Below are positions 14,680 through 26,100 of a DNA stretch of 64,000 nt, one piece after another (positions within the stretch are counted from its first letter, which is position 1; the number at the start of each line of letters is the position of its first letter). Both the position numbers and the translations under genes were made by a program. Origin of the DNA: Magallana gigas (Eukaryota); contig NC_088854.1 in assembly GCF_963853765.1 (NCBI RefSeq), forward strand, positions 40,858,001 to 40,922,000, in the 5' to 3' direction. The notes beneath the pieces were generated by a model. That model had not been told where the DNA came from and made no database searches. It was given only the letters and a program-made list of their open reading frames with translations.

Positions 14680-17600
14680 TTAAAAATCGAATTCCTTTCG
14701 GGTTAGGTAAAAGGACCAATAAGCAATGTTAAGAATCACAAAGGTAATCGGGAATGCACATCTGCACACCTTATCGATTTGACTGACACTATTGGCTTCA
14801 TCATGGCCTCGTTTCTGAGATTTGTGACCTTTGAACTTTAAGCTGGAGAACCAAACTTTCATGCGGCTCTCTTTCCTGGTCACAAACACTCGGTTCTTGT
14901 GGAGATTCTGCTCTATACTGGCGATTCTCTCGGCGGTCCTTGGCCGTGGGTGTCTAGAAAACTAGAAATGAGTGTCTATCATAACTATATATTATATCAA
15001 CTTGAAAGACTTTTGTCGAATAGTTCATGCATTGCGCTACGTAACTTGACGAGAGTAAAAATAGACTTACAGGCACGTTTTCGTCGTCGGAACTATCGAC
15101 ATATGGCGGAGACGTACAAGTATCACTGTGTCCTTTCTTGGTAAACAGGTGTACTATTGCAAACTGGACTAGAGTCGACAGAACGAAGATGAAACACATG
15201 GCGACGTAAAGGTCAAGGGCAGTGGCGTACGTTACGCGAGGAAGTTCATCGCGGGTGTCGAGGGCGAGAAAGGTCATGGTCAATACTGTTGTAGTACCTG
15301 TGTGTATCAGTGACATGATGAAATACTGTAAAATAACTTTTATTTGCATGCGAAGAATCTATTTCGCTATCTGAACGTGCTAATAATTACTAGATGATTC
15401 TTAATATAATTAACATGCTTCTGAACCTGTGACCTGTTATAAATATGAATATTGCAGAAATTGCACGCGAATATTATTGCTGTATTACACTATACGGTAT
15501 GTTACAGTATGTTAGGCAATCGACAAAATCAGCTATTTCCATTTAACATGCGGATTATTGTCTCTTTGCTAAAATTAAGTTAATCCAAGAGTAAGTCATT
15601 ATATAATACCTAGAGCTATTCTGTCTGCCGTGGCCTCTCTATTAATCCAAAACGAGACCCACGACAAAACAACCAGCAAGGAACACGGAGTCACCACGTG
15701 GATTAGGAAATATCCCGTGTGTCTCCGGAGACCGAAGCGCACCATCAAACAGGAGTGAACATCTGTCAGATAAAAAGGTTAAATTCAAAGAAATGATTAA
15801 TAAATATAAAATCTAGCGATGGACAACGACCGTCTGGATACTTTGATATGTTAACTGTGAAAACTGGTATAGAATTATAAATTCCTGCAAAGATTGCAAT
15901 GTACCGGTAATTAAGAATACACGTGGGTCTGTTAATTGTTTGAGTTGACAAGCAGAACACATTATATGTATTATATTCAGATAATATAATTCCTCCTTTC
16001 TTAAAATTTGAAATGTTAGCCTGCCAAGAAATAAACCGAATCTCATTTTCATTTCAAGTTATGCAAGTATTTAATGTTTAAACAATCTCCTTTTTTGTTA
16101 CATGTTCTAATAACTGTAGGTATGTATTTACGCATTTAAAAGATTTATGCTTGTTTTATCCCCCCCCCCCTTAAAACTTGAAGGCAAAGTCTTTCTAAGC
16201 AACCAGTATTTTATATTCTTTTCATTAAAAAACAGATGGATAACGAACAATATTTTTTATTCAATACTCATTACGCATTAAGTCTTCTCGTTGAATTTGT
16301 GTTTACGTTTTGATTTTTCATCATTAGTTGTCTATCAGCAGTGAAATTTATTGAGCTATATTTTAACATCAGATAAGAGTGAAAAAAATAATAATTTAAA
16401 AACAATGAAATGCATGTACAATTTCTGGTCAGCAACTTATATTCAATAACAGTCTATATCGAAATTACCTCCTTTCCTTGAAAAATTCAAAGATGTGGCT
16501 GAATAATTAATGAGGTCAAATTGGGACATGGTCATATCAGTGGCCAGCTGCACTGAGTTCAATGGACCGTAACGCCAGGCGTAGACAACGTCGTCGTAAG
16601 AGTACGCAACTGGAAATAAGAAAAGTGGTATTTCAATTAGTATGGTTTCCGGAGAGGGCCATTTGCGTTAGCGCGACTTCGTGTTTAGATAAACGCGCCA
16701 TCGCGCTAACACAAAACCCGCCACCGCGCCAACTCAACTTTGCACAACACGCCTTCGCAACAACGCAACTTTGCAAGTTTCACGGTCTAGTAGAAAGTCA
16801 TGTCCGGAAATTAACGTTTATTTTTAAATTAACGTTTATTTTAACGCGATGTCGCGCTAACGCAAATGGCCCTATTCGGACACCTTAAATAAACTTAAGG
16901 TACTCCGGTTTGTTTTATTTAATCAACGACTTTACTTTGCCCTTGTTTTGTTCAGATATCGAAGTCCCTGTATAGTAATTACTTACAGCTCCCAATTTGG
17001 AGGTCACAAATTTGAGAATCAAGCGGGTAATTTTGTAGTTCCATCTGACAAATGGCTTTGACCGTCAGTCTGAATAATATCAATATCATTGTGTAGTATC
17101 GACTGCGTTAATTTCTTTTTATTTAATGTCAAGCAATTTTCTAGCAATTCCTTTAAATTTTATTAAATAAACGATACCAAAACGGAGAGGACTAAACTTT
17201 CTTTTTAAATTACAAATACAAAACACAGCGCCATGAACATCTTTGTAAAGATATACCTAAATCAAAACTTCATTTTCATATTTTTTACTTGTAAAATACC
17301 TCTTTAAAAAGTACATAGCCATTAGGCTTGGTTCGGAAAACCATACAACGTTGGGGGAACTGTTAGGTTTTTTTTTTTTCTTAATTTGGGAAAATAAACC
17401 ACAACCCTAAGTTCATATTTTCTATATTACGTAAAATATCTTTGTGAAATGTACACAGCGCCGTTAGGACTGATTCAGAAAACCAGACAAAGTTGGGAAA
17501 ATTGATGGGGGTTTTTTTTACAATTTGCAAATAAACGACAACCCGGTGTTCATAATTTTTACGTTCGATACCTCTGTGAAAAGTACATGGAGCCATTCGG

Positions 17601-19960
17601 GCTGATTCGGATGAAGCGGTTCGGTGTGGGTATGAAGTGGAGATAGGACTGTCGGCCGTTGTAGAAGACTGTGTCGGGGTACCAGAGCCTCTCCAGGACT
17701 TTGATGTTCAGGGAAATGTTCTCTATGGACATGTTAGTCGCCAGTCTGGCGTCCATCCATCTCTGTCTGAAGTAAATCTCGATGGAGTAGACCTGCGTCA
17801 GATTTTCAATAAAAATTAAGGTGGCTCAGTACACCTTGAACTGGTTTCACAAATCAGCAGAAAATAACTTGATTATTATAGATGGCATAACGGATAGGTC
17901 AAAAAGGCGAAATAGTGAAATTTTACATAATTTTTTTTTTTACATTTTTATAAATTTATTACAGTAAATATGAACAAAAGCCTCAAGCGGAATTGAACTC
18001 ATGATCTGCAGCCAGATGCTTTAACCACTGAGCTATGACGATATTCAACCAAATCGACTGATACAATCAATTCAACAAAACAGTTAAATCGCCATCTTGT
18101 GACGTAGTGTCTTAAAACGTACAAGTTTAAGTGTAATGAGGTACCTTAAGTCTCAGATGAGTTTGCCCCCCCCCCCCCCCCCCCCGTTTCAAAAATGGTG
18201 CTGTGTGCCTGGTTACTGTTATAATGCAATTATGATAAGAACTCCCAACCAAAAGGTATATTAGTATTGCAGGATGTTGTTTGTGTATTTGCCTTGTACT
18301 TTGCTTGATTTAAAGGATGTCCAGTAATTGACAAAGTTATCCCATATTTTAGTGTTCGCAGTAGCTTTTGGAATCAGAAGTGGTTTTGCATTGAAATCAG
18401 AGACACATTCTGGGTATATTGTTGCTTTTAATGATGTTATATTCGGCGGATGATGGATTAATTTTTGGAGGGTTCATTATGCTCGCGTTGATACAAAAAA
18501 TGGTTGCTCATTCATCTGGCAGAAAAGAAAAAATACACAATAAATGTTTGGACGTGATGCTGATTACGAATATAAATGAACAAGAAACCAATAACAAAAT
18601 GGCGTAAAAATCCCATTTAACACTCTGCAGTAAATGAATTCTCCAAATAGGACGGAGACCCGGATGTACACAATATAGCACGGTTACTCAGCTGACTGTT
18701 CCCGTAATGAACTGTTCACAGATGAAGAAATTCGGTTTAACGAAAATGAATGATGTTGTTTCTTTTTTGTAATAAGAATATTGTAAAAGAACATACAGTA
18801 GATAAAAAAGAAATTGTCCATACATTTTGACCTTGGGATCAATTGTACAAGAAAATAAAATTCTGTCATTCTATTAACCATTGATTAGAGATTTAGTAAT
18901 TTTAAATAAAAATAAAGTTTACTTAGAAATTCAGTACATTCTCCCATTTTCAGAGGAAAAAAATCAATTCGTTCCATTAAAAATGTTTAACAATGCTAAA
19001 GGGTCGTGGCTATTTAAAGATTTTTTAAAACTTCTAGCAAAGAAGAGTTTGAAAATATAACTATATATATAATGTTGAATCTAATCGACGATTTCGCAGA
19101 TAGGCAGTAATTTTTCATTATGCGCATAATTCCGAATTTTCATATTATAAGCGACTTACCATATCTTTCTCGGAAATTGGTCCCATTGATCTTAACAGTA
19201 TATCTGTGAAGATGACCACAGGTGTGTCTAAAATTATAAAAACATGCATTTTTACACGATAGGTTAATAACATTAATTTAATTTCTCTTTAAAAATCCCA
19301 AAGATTTTTAACTTTTTACTTTAAAAAATTACGCTTAAAGCCTGGTCTGATTCTCCGGTCGTACTTCCTCGGCTTAAGAACGTCATCCAGAGTTGATGTG
19401 ACGTTCAGTGCACTGACGTGCGTAATGACGTGTTTCCGGTCCGTATCCTCCATTTTGGACACTTGTGAGTTTGTTAAACATTCCGTTGACACCTTGACAA
19501 AACTTATTTTCAAAACAGTTACTTACTTTGACTTCAATATTAACGCCACAATTTTTTTAGAAACATGGAGGTACATAAAATGTGTGCACTTATAGAGTAA
19601 TCGGTACGAAATTCAGGAAAGGAAAACTCCACATAATCCTCAAACCTTACTTGTTATTTTTTTCTTTTAACCATTGAAATAGAAATACTTTATAGAGATG
19701 TTTTACGACATGACATCATATTTGAAGTATTTTAAAAACAGTTTATACTAGTGTAACAAGTTTCTTGTCTCAATCAAACATATAACAACAGAGAGAAACG
19801 CAAAAATTTAAACATCGAGTTTATTAAAATAAATTCCCACATTTATATTTACAGCTCTATTTCCATTTTCTTCTTTTTGAACAGACTAAAGAAGTCTTTA
19901 AAAATACTTCATATAACAAAACTCTTACCTTACTATAATAAGAAGATACAGCAAGCTCAT
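14680..19960 (-). CDS. Grd: Cys-loop ligand-gated ion channel, GABA-A alpha/GRD-like subunit, 9 exons, about 458 aa
   Basis: Exons: 19960-19929, 19502-19333, 19227-19160, 17792-17572, 17069-16987, 16609-16469, 15762-15610, 15297-15071, 14961-14680. The 68/221/83/153-nt exon sizes are typical of GABA-A genes. Signal peptide MSLLYLLIIVSFVKVSTEC; YDRRIRP; YFRQRW; WYPD; Cys-loop CQMELQNYPLDSQIC; M1-M2 [29 protein letters not shown]; M4 IDKVCRCAFP. The symbol is by similarity to Drosophila Grd and orthology is untested. Confidence 0.9.
16644..16884. mobile_element. MITE-like element with about 38-bp imperfect TIRs in a GABA-subunit intron
   Basis: Left GGTTTCCGGAGAGGGCCATTTGCGTTAGCGCGAC matches the reverse complement of the right end (GGTGTCCGAATAGGGCCATTTGCGTTAGCGCGAC). 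TTAA flanks the right side only. Confidence 0.7.
17300..17607 (-). repeat. Degenerate tandem repeat (132-140 bp period) containing the exon 3' end plus donor site
   Basis: Exon end ATCAGCCCGAATGGCTCCATGTACTTTTCACAGAG|GTATCG recurs as ATCAGTCCTAACGGCGCTGTGTACATTTCACAAAG|ATATTT (17474-17440) and ...CCTAATGGCTATGTACTTTTTAAAGAG|GTATTT (ends 17300). Confidence 0.75.
17820..18145. mobile_element. Non-autonomous TTAA-flanked DNA element (Kolobok/piggyBac-type) with an internal tRNA-like segment
   Basis: TTAA at 17816-19 and 18146-49. Termini GGTGGCTCAGTACAC vs reverse complement GGTACCTCATTACAC. The minus strand at 17980-18040 has A-box TAGCTCAGTGG and B-box GAGTTCAATTCC. Confidence 0.65.
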
Positions 19961-20538
19961 TTTATAAGGCTGTACCCAGCACGATCAACAGTTTCAATGA
20001 GTCTATGGGTTTTTTTTTTCTACACGTTCTTTTTCATCTGAATCGATTTTTGTTCCATCGCGTTCAGCAATGCACTTTTTCCTTCTTCGCCGTTCATGTG
20101 TATGAAAATTCTTGTTTAAAACAAACATTACTTTTTTTTTTTTTTTTTACAAAAACATAACTTAAACCAGATATATCAAACATATTTTTTTTTTTATCTT
20201 ATTCAGTATTTGACTTTATTTCCTTCGTTTGTTTCTAGGCAGAGACATAATGTTATTTTATATGTCTCTTTTTCTAGGCTAGACATTTTTGGTGGGTTCT
20301 GCGCAAGTTTTTTGTTGGTGTATCTATGTTACAGTTTATTTATTAAATATTTCGATCTGTAATACGTTGGTCATAAATACTACTACAATAACTAAATAAT
20401 GAATGTTGTTTTCTGTTTTAGAGAAATTACAATGTCGGCCTTTCTTCAACACAAATATTCAACACCTTACATTTACAATGAACGCAATTATTTTGTTTCA
20501 ACTTTCTTTATAAAACAATGCTTAATACATCTTTTTGT

Positions 20539-22002
20539 TTAAACATTGCAAATGGTATGCTGTCCATGCATAAAGTTGTCATCGTTTGGCCTGCATTCTT
20601 TCTTGATGGTGTGAAATTCTATTGTTGAAAACGTTAAGAATGCGTACACAACCGCACAGGTTTCTGTTATTACAAAACATGGTAAAAGCAAAACCGAAGC
20701 CATGCAAATAAGCAGAAACTTGCATAGTCCAGTTCTTTTATAATTAAACGACTTTAAGGCACCGATGATAAAAAGAAACATCATGACCCCGCCCATGAAC
20801 GCACAAAGAAAATGAAACACGATGGGCATCGGTAAAGGATATAGGAACGCCAACACCGAGTTGGAAGCTGTTAAAGGCATGGTAATCCAAGACAACAGGC
20901 TGAAGGATATTCCCACCTTTTGTTTGAATGGAATGTCTTTACTGAAGAAGGTCAGAGTTATACCCTGTACCCATCGTCTTCTCTGCTTTACATAGTCTGT
21001 CAGTGAAAAGGGGCTCCGTTCCCACATCTCGCCTTCGATAAAGTCAAACGAGTAACCCTTTTTCCATGCCATCAGACCAAAGAAACAGTCTTCGGCAATA
21101 CTTCCATGGATTCCGAAATCGAAGGAAACATTTCTCTCTGCTCCGACGTTGGACACTACGTAACTTCCTTTCCAGCTAAATAAAGGTTTTCTGAAATGCT
21201 TCAAGCAAAATCGTAGAATTCCATAGTCATTCCCAACTCTTGACAGATCAAATATAGTTGTTATCCAACATACGATCTCTTCGTTGGCATAAGTTATAAC
21301 ACCCTGGCCAAAACTCGACGTTCCCTTTGCAATGAAATTGAGTATTCCTATAACTGACCCTCTGGTCAGAATAGTTTCTTCGTCGAGATGGACTATCCAG
21401 TCCTCGTCTTTTAAATCGTTGACACTGTCCTCCAAACAGTACTGAAGAGCCCGTGCTTTGAACAGCGTTTTCTTTGCCGTTCGGTAATTGAAGGGTACCA
21501 CAATCTCTCTTACCGATGGACTTCTTGGAAGACCAATGAACCTGTCGGTCACAATTTCAAATATAAAATTACTTAATCCGAGACCGTTGCATATATTGAT
21601 GTTCCTCTCGACATTTCTCTTTACCAAATCCGGACAAGTTCCTTTCGTGACTACTCTAAAGCATATCAAGGGGTCATTAACACGCGCCCCTTTGAACTCC
21701 GGAGCTCCAGGATATAGATTGTACAGAGCGAGTCCGAGAAAGTTAAATATTGATAATGGTAACGTCAAAAGCATCGAAAGTCTCACGAAATACAAACATA
21801 TAGTTATCCACAATCCGTATCTTTCCAAAGGATCCACTTCATAAGGGAAATAATCTAGCTTAGAAGTCGCCGCAGCTTTACTTCCGACAACCAGTATTAC
21901 AGCTAGGAGTGCAAGAACTGTGAGGACATGGGGGACCAAGTCACATATCCCTTTCTTTATTCGGCAAAGAAACTTTCCGGACATCAACAAAGGAAAAGAC
22001 AT
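20539..22002 (-). CDS. egh: Beta-1,4-mannosyltransferase egghead/BRE-3 (GT2), single coding exon, about 487 aa
   Basis: Uninterrupted ORF with egh motifs FRVVTKG, KTLFKARALQYCLE, WIVHLDEET, GQGVITY, WKGSYVV, GSIAEDCFF, ERSPF, QRRRWVQG. The first ATG is at 22002; the ORF-track start at 22119 is a TTG. Confidence 0.92.
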   Translation of the reverse strand: MSFPLLMSGKFLCRIKKGICDLVPHVLTVLALLAVILVVGSKAAATSKLDYFPYEVDPLERYGLWITICLYFVRLSMLLTLPLSIFNFLGLALYNLYPGAPEFKGARVNDPLICFRVVTKGTCPDLVKRNVERNINICNGLGLSNFIFEIVTDRFIGLPRSPSVREIVVPFNYRTAKKTLFKARALQYCLEDSVNDLKDEDWIVHLDEETILTRGSVIGILNFIAKGTSSFGQGVITYANEEIVCWITTIFDLSRVGNDYGILRFCLKHFRKPLFSWKGSYVVSNVGAERNVSFDFGIHGSIAEDCFFGLMAWKKGYSFDFIEGEMWERSPFSLTDYVKQRRRWVQGITLTFFSKDIPFKQKVGISFSLLSWITMPLTASNSVLAFLYPLPMPIVFHFLCAFMGGVMMFLFIIGALKSFNYKRTGLCKFLLICMASVLLLPCFVITETCAVVYAFLTFSTIEFHTIKKECRPNDDNFMHGQHTICNV

Positions 22003-22332
22003 TTCTGGGTATGAATACAAGAATGGTGGCAGGTTTATCGCAGTTATCACTTGAACTTGAAATAAACGTTTTCTCGCCTCCAAAATGGGCTCACAGATAA
22101 GTATAGCATTAGTACCCAATTTGCAAAAAGCGTTGTATTGATCTGTTGCATTTGTAAAGAATTAGAAATTATTGCATTTGTATTTGCCACATTCCTATTT
22201 ATTCAGTATACGAAGTTTACTTTTTATATGTTTTTTTTCATGTCTCAATATAATTAAAATCAGCAGTTCTAGATCTGAAACGCAGTGAACTTTGTGATCA
22301 GTACCCTATCAGGGGCAGTGTTGTGTTTTGGT

Positions 22333-22363
<31 letters not shown>

Positions 22364-22602
22364 GGTTAGTATCTGTCAGCTGTTTACCTCCCGATCATAA
22401 GAATCCTGTGTATGTGAAATCATCCACACACAAAAAAAAAAAACCCCGAAAACGTTGAATTTTATAGTGTATGTGGAATTATCCAAAAAGAAGACGTTGT
22501 ATTTTATATCTTTTTAATGATTTTTAAAAGAGTAACGACTAAAATGAAAGAAGTTATTTAGAATTGGTAAATTCACAAATATCAATCACTAGATAAAGTA
22601 AA

Positions 22603-22858
22603 GGTGTCCAAGTAGCGTAGTGGACAATGCACTCGCTTTTCAACGCTGCGACCCGAGTTCGATCCCGGTGATCGACAGTGGTTGTATGTGATAGGGTATG
22701 GCGGTCGCCCGCTTGGACACGTCAGCTCTCTCCGGGTACTCCGGCTTCTTCCCACACCAATGACCCCCCTCGCGCTAACATCCGTGCCAACGAGAGATAT
22801 TAAAATAGGTTGTAGAACTTGCTTATCAATCGTTGTAAAATAAATAAAGTTCAATTCA
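22603..22858 (+). mobile_element. tRNA-derived SINE with V-domain core (V-SINE-like)
   Basis: 5' tRNA-like head (TAGCGTAGTGG ... GAGTTCGATCCC), central CTCTCCGGGTACTCCGGCTTCTTCCCAC resembling the V-SINE core, and a 3' AATAAATAAAGTTCAATTCA tail. Confidence 0.75.
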
Positions 22859-22978
22859 CTACATGTATTACGAATTCGTTATACTATAACGAAGTAAATC
22901 CGCTGGTCCCTAGGACTTCACTATATTATAACTGAGTTTCACTGTAGCATTAAGTAGACAGAAATCCTTAATCAAGAT

Positions 22979-23062
22979 AAATTAGAACTTCCATCCGCTC
23001 CCCGGTTTTCGATATGTCGCGTGGCATATCGAAAACCGGGGAGCGGATGGAAGTTCTAATTT
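22979..23062. repeat. Perfect 38-bp inverted repeat with 8-nt loop (collapsed MITE)
   Basis: 22979-23016 is the exact reverse complement of 23025-23062. Confidence 0.9.
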
Positions 23063-23148
23063 TAATTAGATTGCAAGATAACCATTCCATAATACTGTTG
23101 TTATAGTAAACACCCACAGAAAGATTTTTTTTATTTAGATTTTAATAT

Positions 23149-26100
23149 TCAGTATTCAGCAATTTGATTTAATCTTTTAAGAATATCACTGTACACATTG
23201 AAGTAAGATTTTTCCTTCAAAGACTGGAGAGTGTGTTTCACAGTTAATTGACACGGTTTGTTCACATTCAGCAAGTTTTCCAAGTGTTCACAAAGTTTTT
23301 CGAAAGTTCTGTGATCTTTTCCCTTCTCAGAAGACTCAGTACATCTGTACCTACAAATATAATGTAACAGGGCATGTAATACATATAGATTGGCTTTACT
23401 TACATTACATTTAATATGTAATATGTAGAATGTGTGCAGTGAATAAAGGCTAGATTCACGAGCAACTTATACTTGGGAGTATCTAGTGTTGCCAAACCCT
23501 TTTTATGATGCTTGTAATAAAGTATATGATTATAAATAGGAAATTAATATAATGACTGTCTGCTTGCAGAAAATGGTTGTCAAAAATTAATTATCCACTG
23601 GTCATTCGTGAAAAAAAAATAAACAATGTAGAACTTAGTTTACAATTACATGTAAATCACAGGTTTACTGAAATAAGAATTTTTGTACAGTCATTTCAAT
23701 GTCAGATTTATCAGAAACATAAAAATCATTAAAATACCTATTTGGAAAACATGCATAAATATTTACTTACCTCCATGAATAAAAATTTGTATCATCTTCA
23801 TTGTAACTTGGCTCCAACCTTTCGGCCCAGCTAACAATGTGGTCCAAATATGACTGGCAGAGGTCGCTGTGATATCTGCAAGCTTCCTGGATAAGAACTT
23901 TGCTGGAAGTGACTAGAAATCTACTATAAGGAAAATGAAAATTGAAAATGTAAATACATTATTGTATTGCATATTAGTGTGTAGAAGAAAAATGAACTTC
24001 ATAAATCAATTTAACTATAATGTATTACTACTCTCTATGGCCTTCATACTTACAAAGTAAAGAACACATCAACAAATAAATAAGTCACAGTAAATACAAG
24101 TACATCTGTCATTTTGGCAAACTACATGTATAAGATTGGCATCACAATCAAGCTATACTTTTACAATTCCTGTATGTTTTAATTACTTCATAATACATGT
24201 ATAAGCAGTCTTTAGCATGTTTAGAATGTATTTCGGAAGTTTATATAGGTATAGTTACCTATTTTGTGGTTCTGAGAGCCACTTGACTATGATGTTGTGT
24301 AGACCTTGTAACTGGCCATCTGTGTATGTTGTGCCAGATGGTAGAACACACAGCATCTTCAGAATTATATCCTTCAAAATCGTTGTAAGCATCATGACAT
24401 GGACAAGCAATTTAAAGCTGAAGTTAATTTTGTTATGTATTAACAGGATTGAACTATTCATTCAGTTAAGAGCATATATGTAAGTACATTTTAACCTAAT
24501 TACATGTATATGATCAGAAAGTCAATCAAGAAAATGAATGTCAGTTGTTGTTTTTTTTTTAAGAAAAGTAAAAGTCAATTTATAACGATAAGTAAAAGGA
24601 GTTACCAGTATGCCCACTTTCTTTGCTAACCTTGACAACAAATTATAGACATAACATTCAAACCTGCAAGAAAAATACAACAAATGATAAATACACTAAT
24701 TATTTTAAATTTATTATACATGTACAAGAATGTAACACTCATTAGTCAAAACACAACAGGATCCATACCTCTGTGATTTAGAAGAACAGGATGATAGACT
24801 TATTACAGTAGACAGCAAAGCTGTGGCTTCAGATATTAATTGTGTTTGTCTGTACAAGTCTTCATCAGTTTGTAAAGTCTTCATAAGCATTGAAACACGT
24901 GTAACCTCGTTGACTATTTCCTGGCATTCCTTTAAAAAAAAAGCAAATGCAATACATAAACCTTAAAAACCTTAAAAAAAAAATGCCATGAAATAATGGG
25001 TACTTTATACTTTTGCTGGGAATTAACCAACAAAAGCACTGGTGCACCATTTACTGTACCTTATCAGCTTAGCACCACCGAAACTGGGTATAAGCACTTG
25101 CCATAGATGCCCTATTCTACGCATTATAAAATATCCATATGATTAATTCATGCAATTACAATTTATTTTATGAACCAATACTTATGTTGGTTGTAAATTC
25201 CACATACCGCTAATTCCAGGTTATTTCCTTTGGTTTTCTGTTTTTGCTCTATTATAGTTCTTGATAATTTCTCAGGTAGGTAAGGATTTTGTAGCAAAGT
25301 CTGGAAATTTGATTTATTTGGTCAGTACAACACACTTGAAAAGGAAATTTAAGTGTCTTTAAAGAATTAGAACAACTGGATAAAATTCAAATAGCAGAAG
25401 TGAAAAAGATACAAAACATACACTGTATTCAGAGATTAGTAATGAGGCTTATACCTATAGAACCAATCAGAGAAGCATGCATCTGAAGAATAAACGATGT
25501 GCATCTTACTTAGTTAATTATCCTCTCTGTGCCCCAGAGAACACATGAGGCAATGATGTGCACCTTAAATTAAGATGCATTTCGTTCCTGTAACTCTGGT
25601 CAATATTACAAAGTTTCTTTGGTATACGAACTTACTCCACCCAAAAACCTGTTCATTTATCATCTAGAGAACATTAAAATTCAATTGCAATATCTGAAAC
25701 CAGGTAAATATGCCAAAAAATTTATACTACTGTTACTGTACAAGTTATTAGCTAAGACCAGTTATCGGCTAAACTGAGAGTTCGGGTTAATAGCATGCGA
25801 CTATATCCGAGATTTTTTAATTCAGTCGTCTGTTTCGACTTAAAAAAATAAAGTTTGCGTGAAAAATTTCTTGAATATGTTTTAAACATGAGCTTAAACG
25901 ATCATTGCTTACCACTGATTTACATCTTTGCACTTTCAGCAGTGGGGGATGTGACATTTTAGTTAAAAATAGAATATTACCTCTTTTGAAACGTTAATAT
26001 AATATCCCTTCTTTGATTTAACATATTATACATGTATCAATACATATAACATGCATAAACAAAGGGAGTTCACTAAATTCCGAGAGATTCATAGCGCAGT

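Noticed and set aside
17980-18040. Possible tRNA gene
   Set aside because: Too short, with no complete anticodon or acceptor stems, and it lies inside a transposon.
19523-19576. Apparent in-frame ATG...TAA upstream of the GABA subunit suggesting a nonsense mutation
   Set aside because: A proper signal-peptide exon exists at 19960-19929, so this stretch is intronic.
22003-22119. N-terminal extension of egh in the ORF track
   Set aside because: It starts at TTG and crosses a likely acceptor near 22060; the ATG at 22002 gives a normal-length protein.
22582-22854. 90-aa minus-strand ORF
   Set aside because: It is the antisense reading of the SINE.
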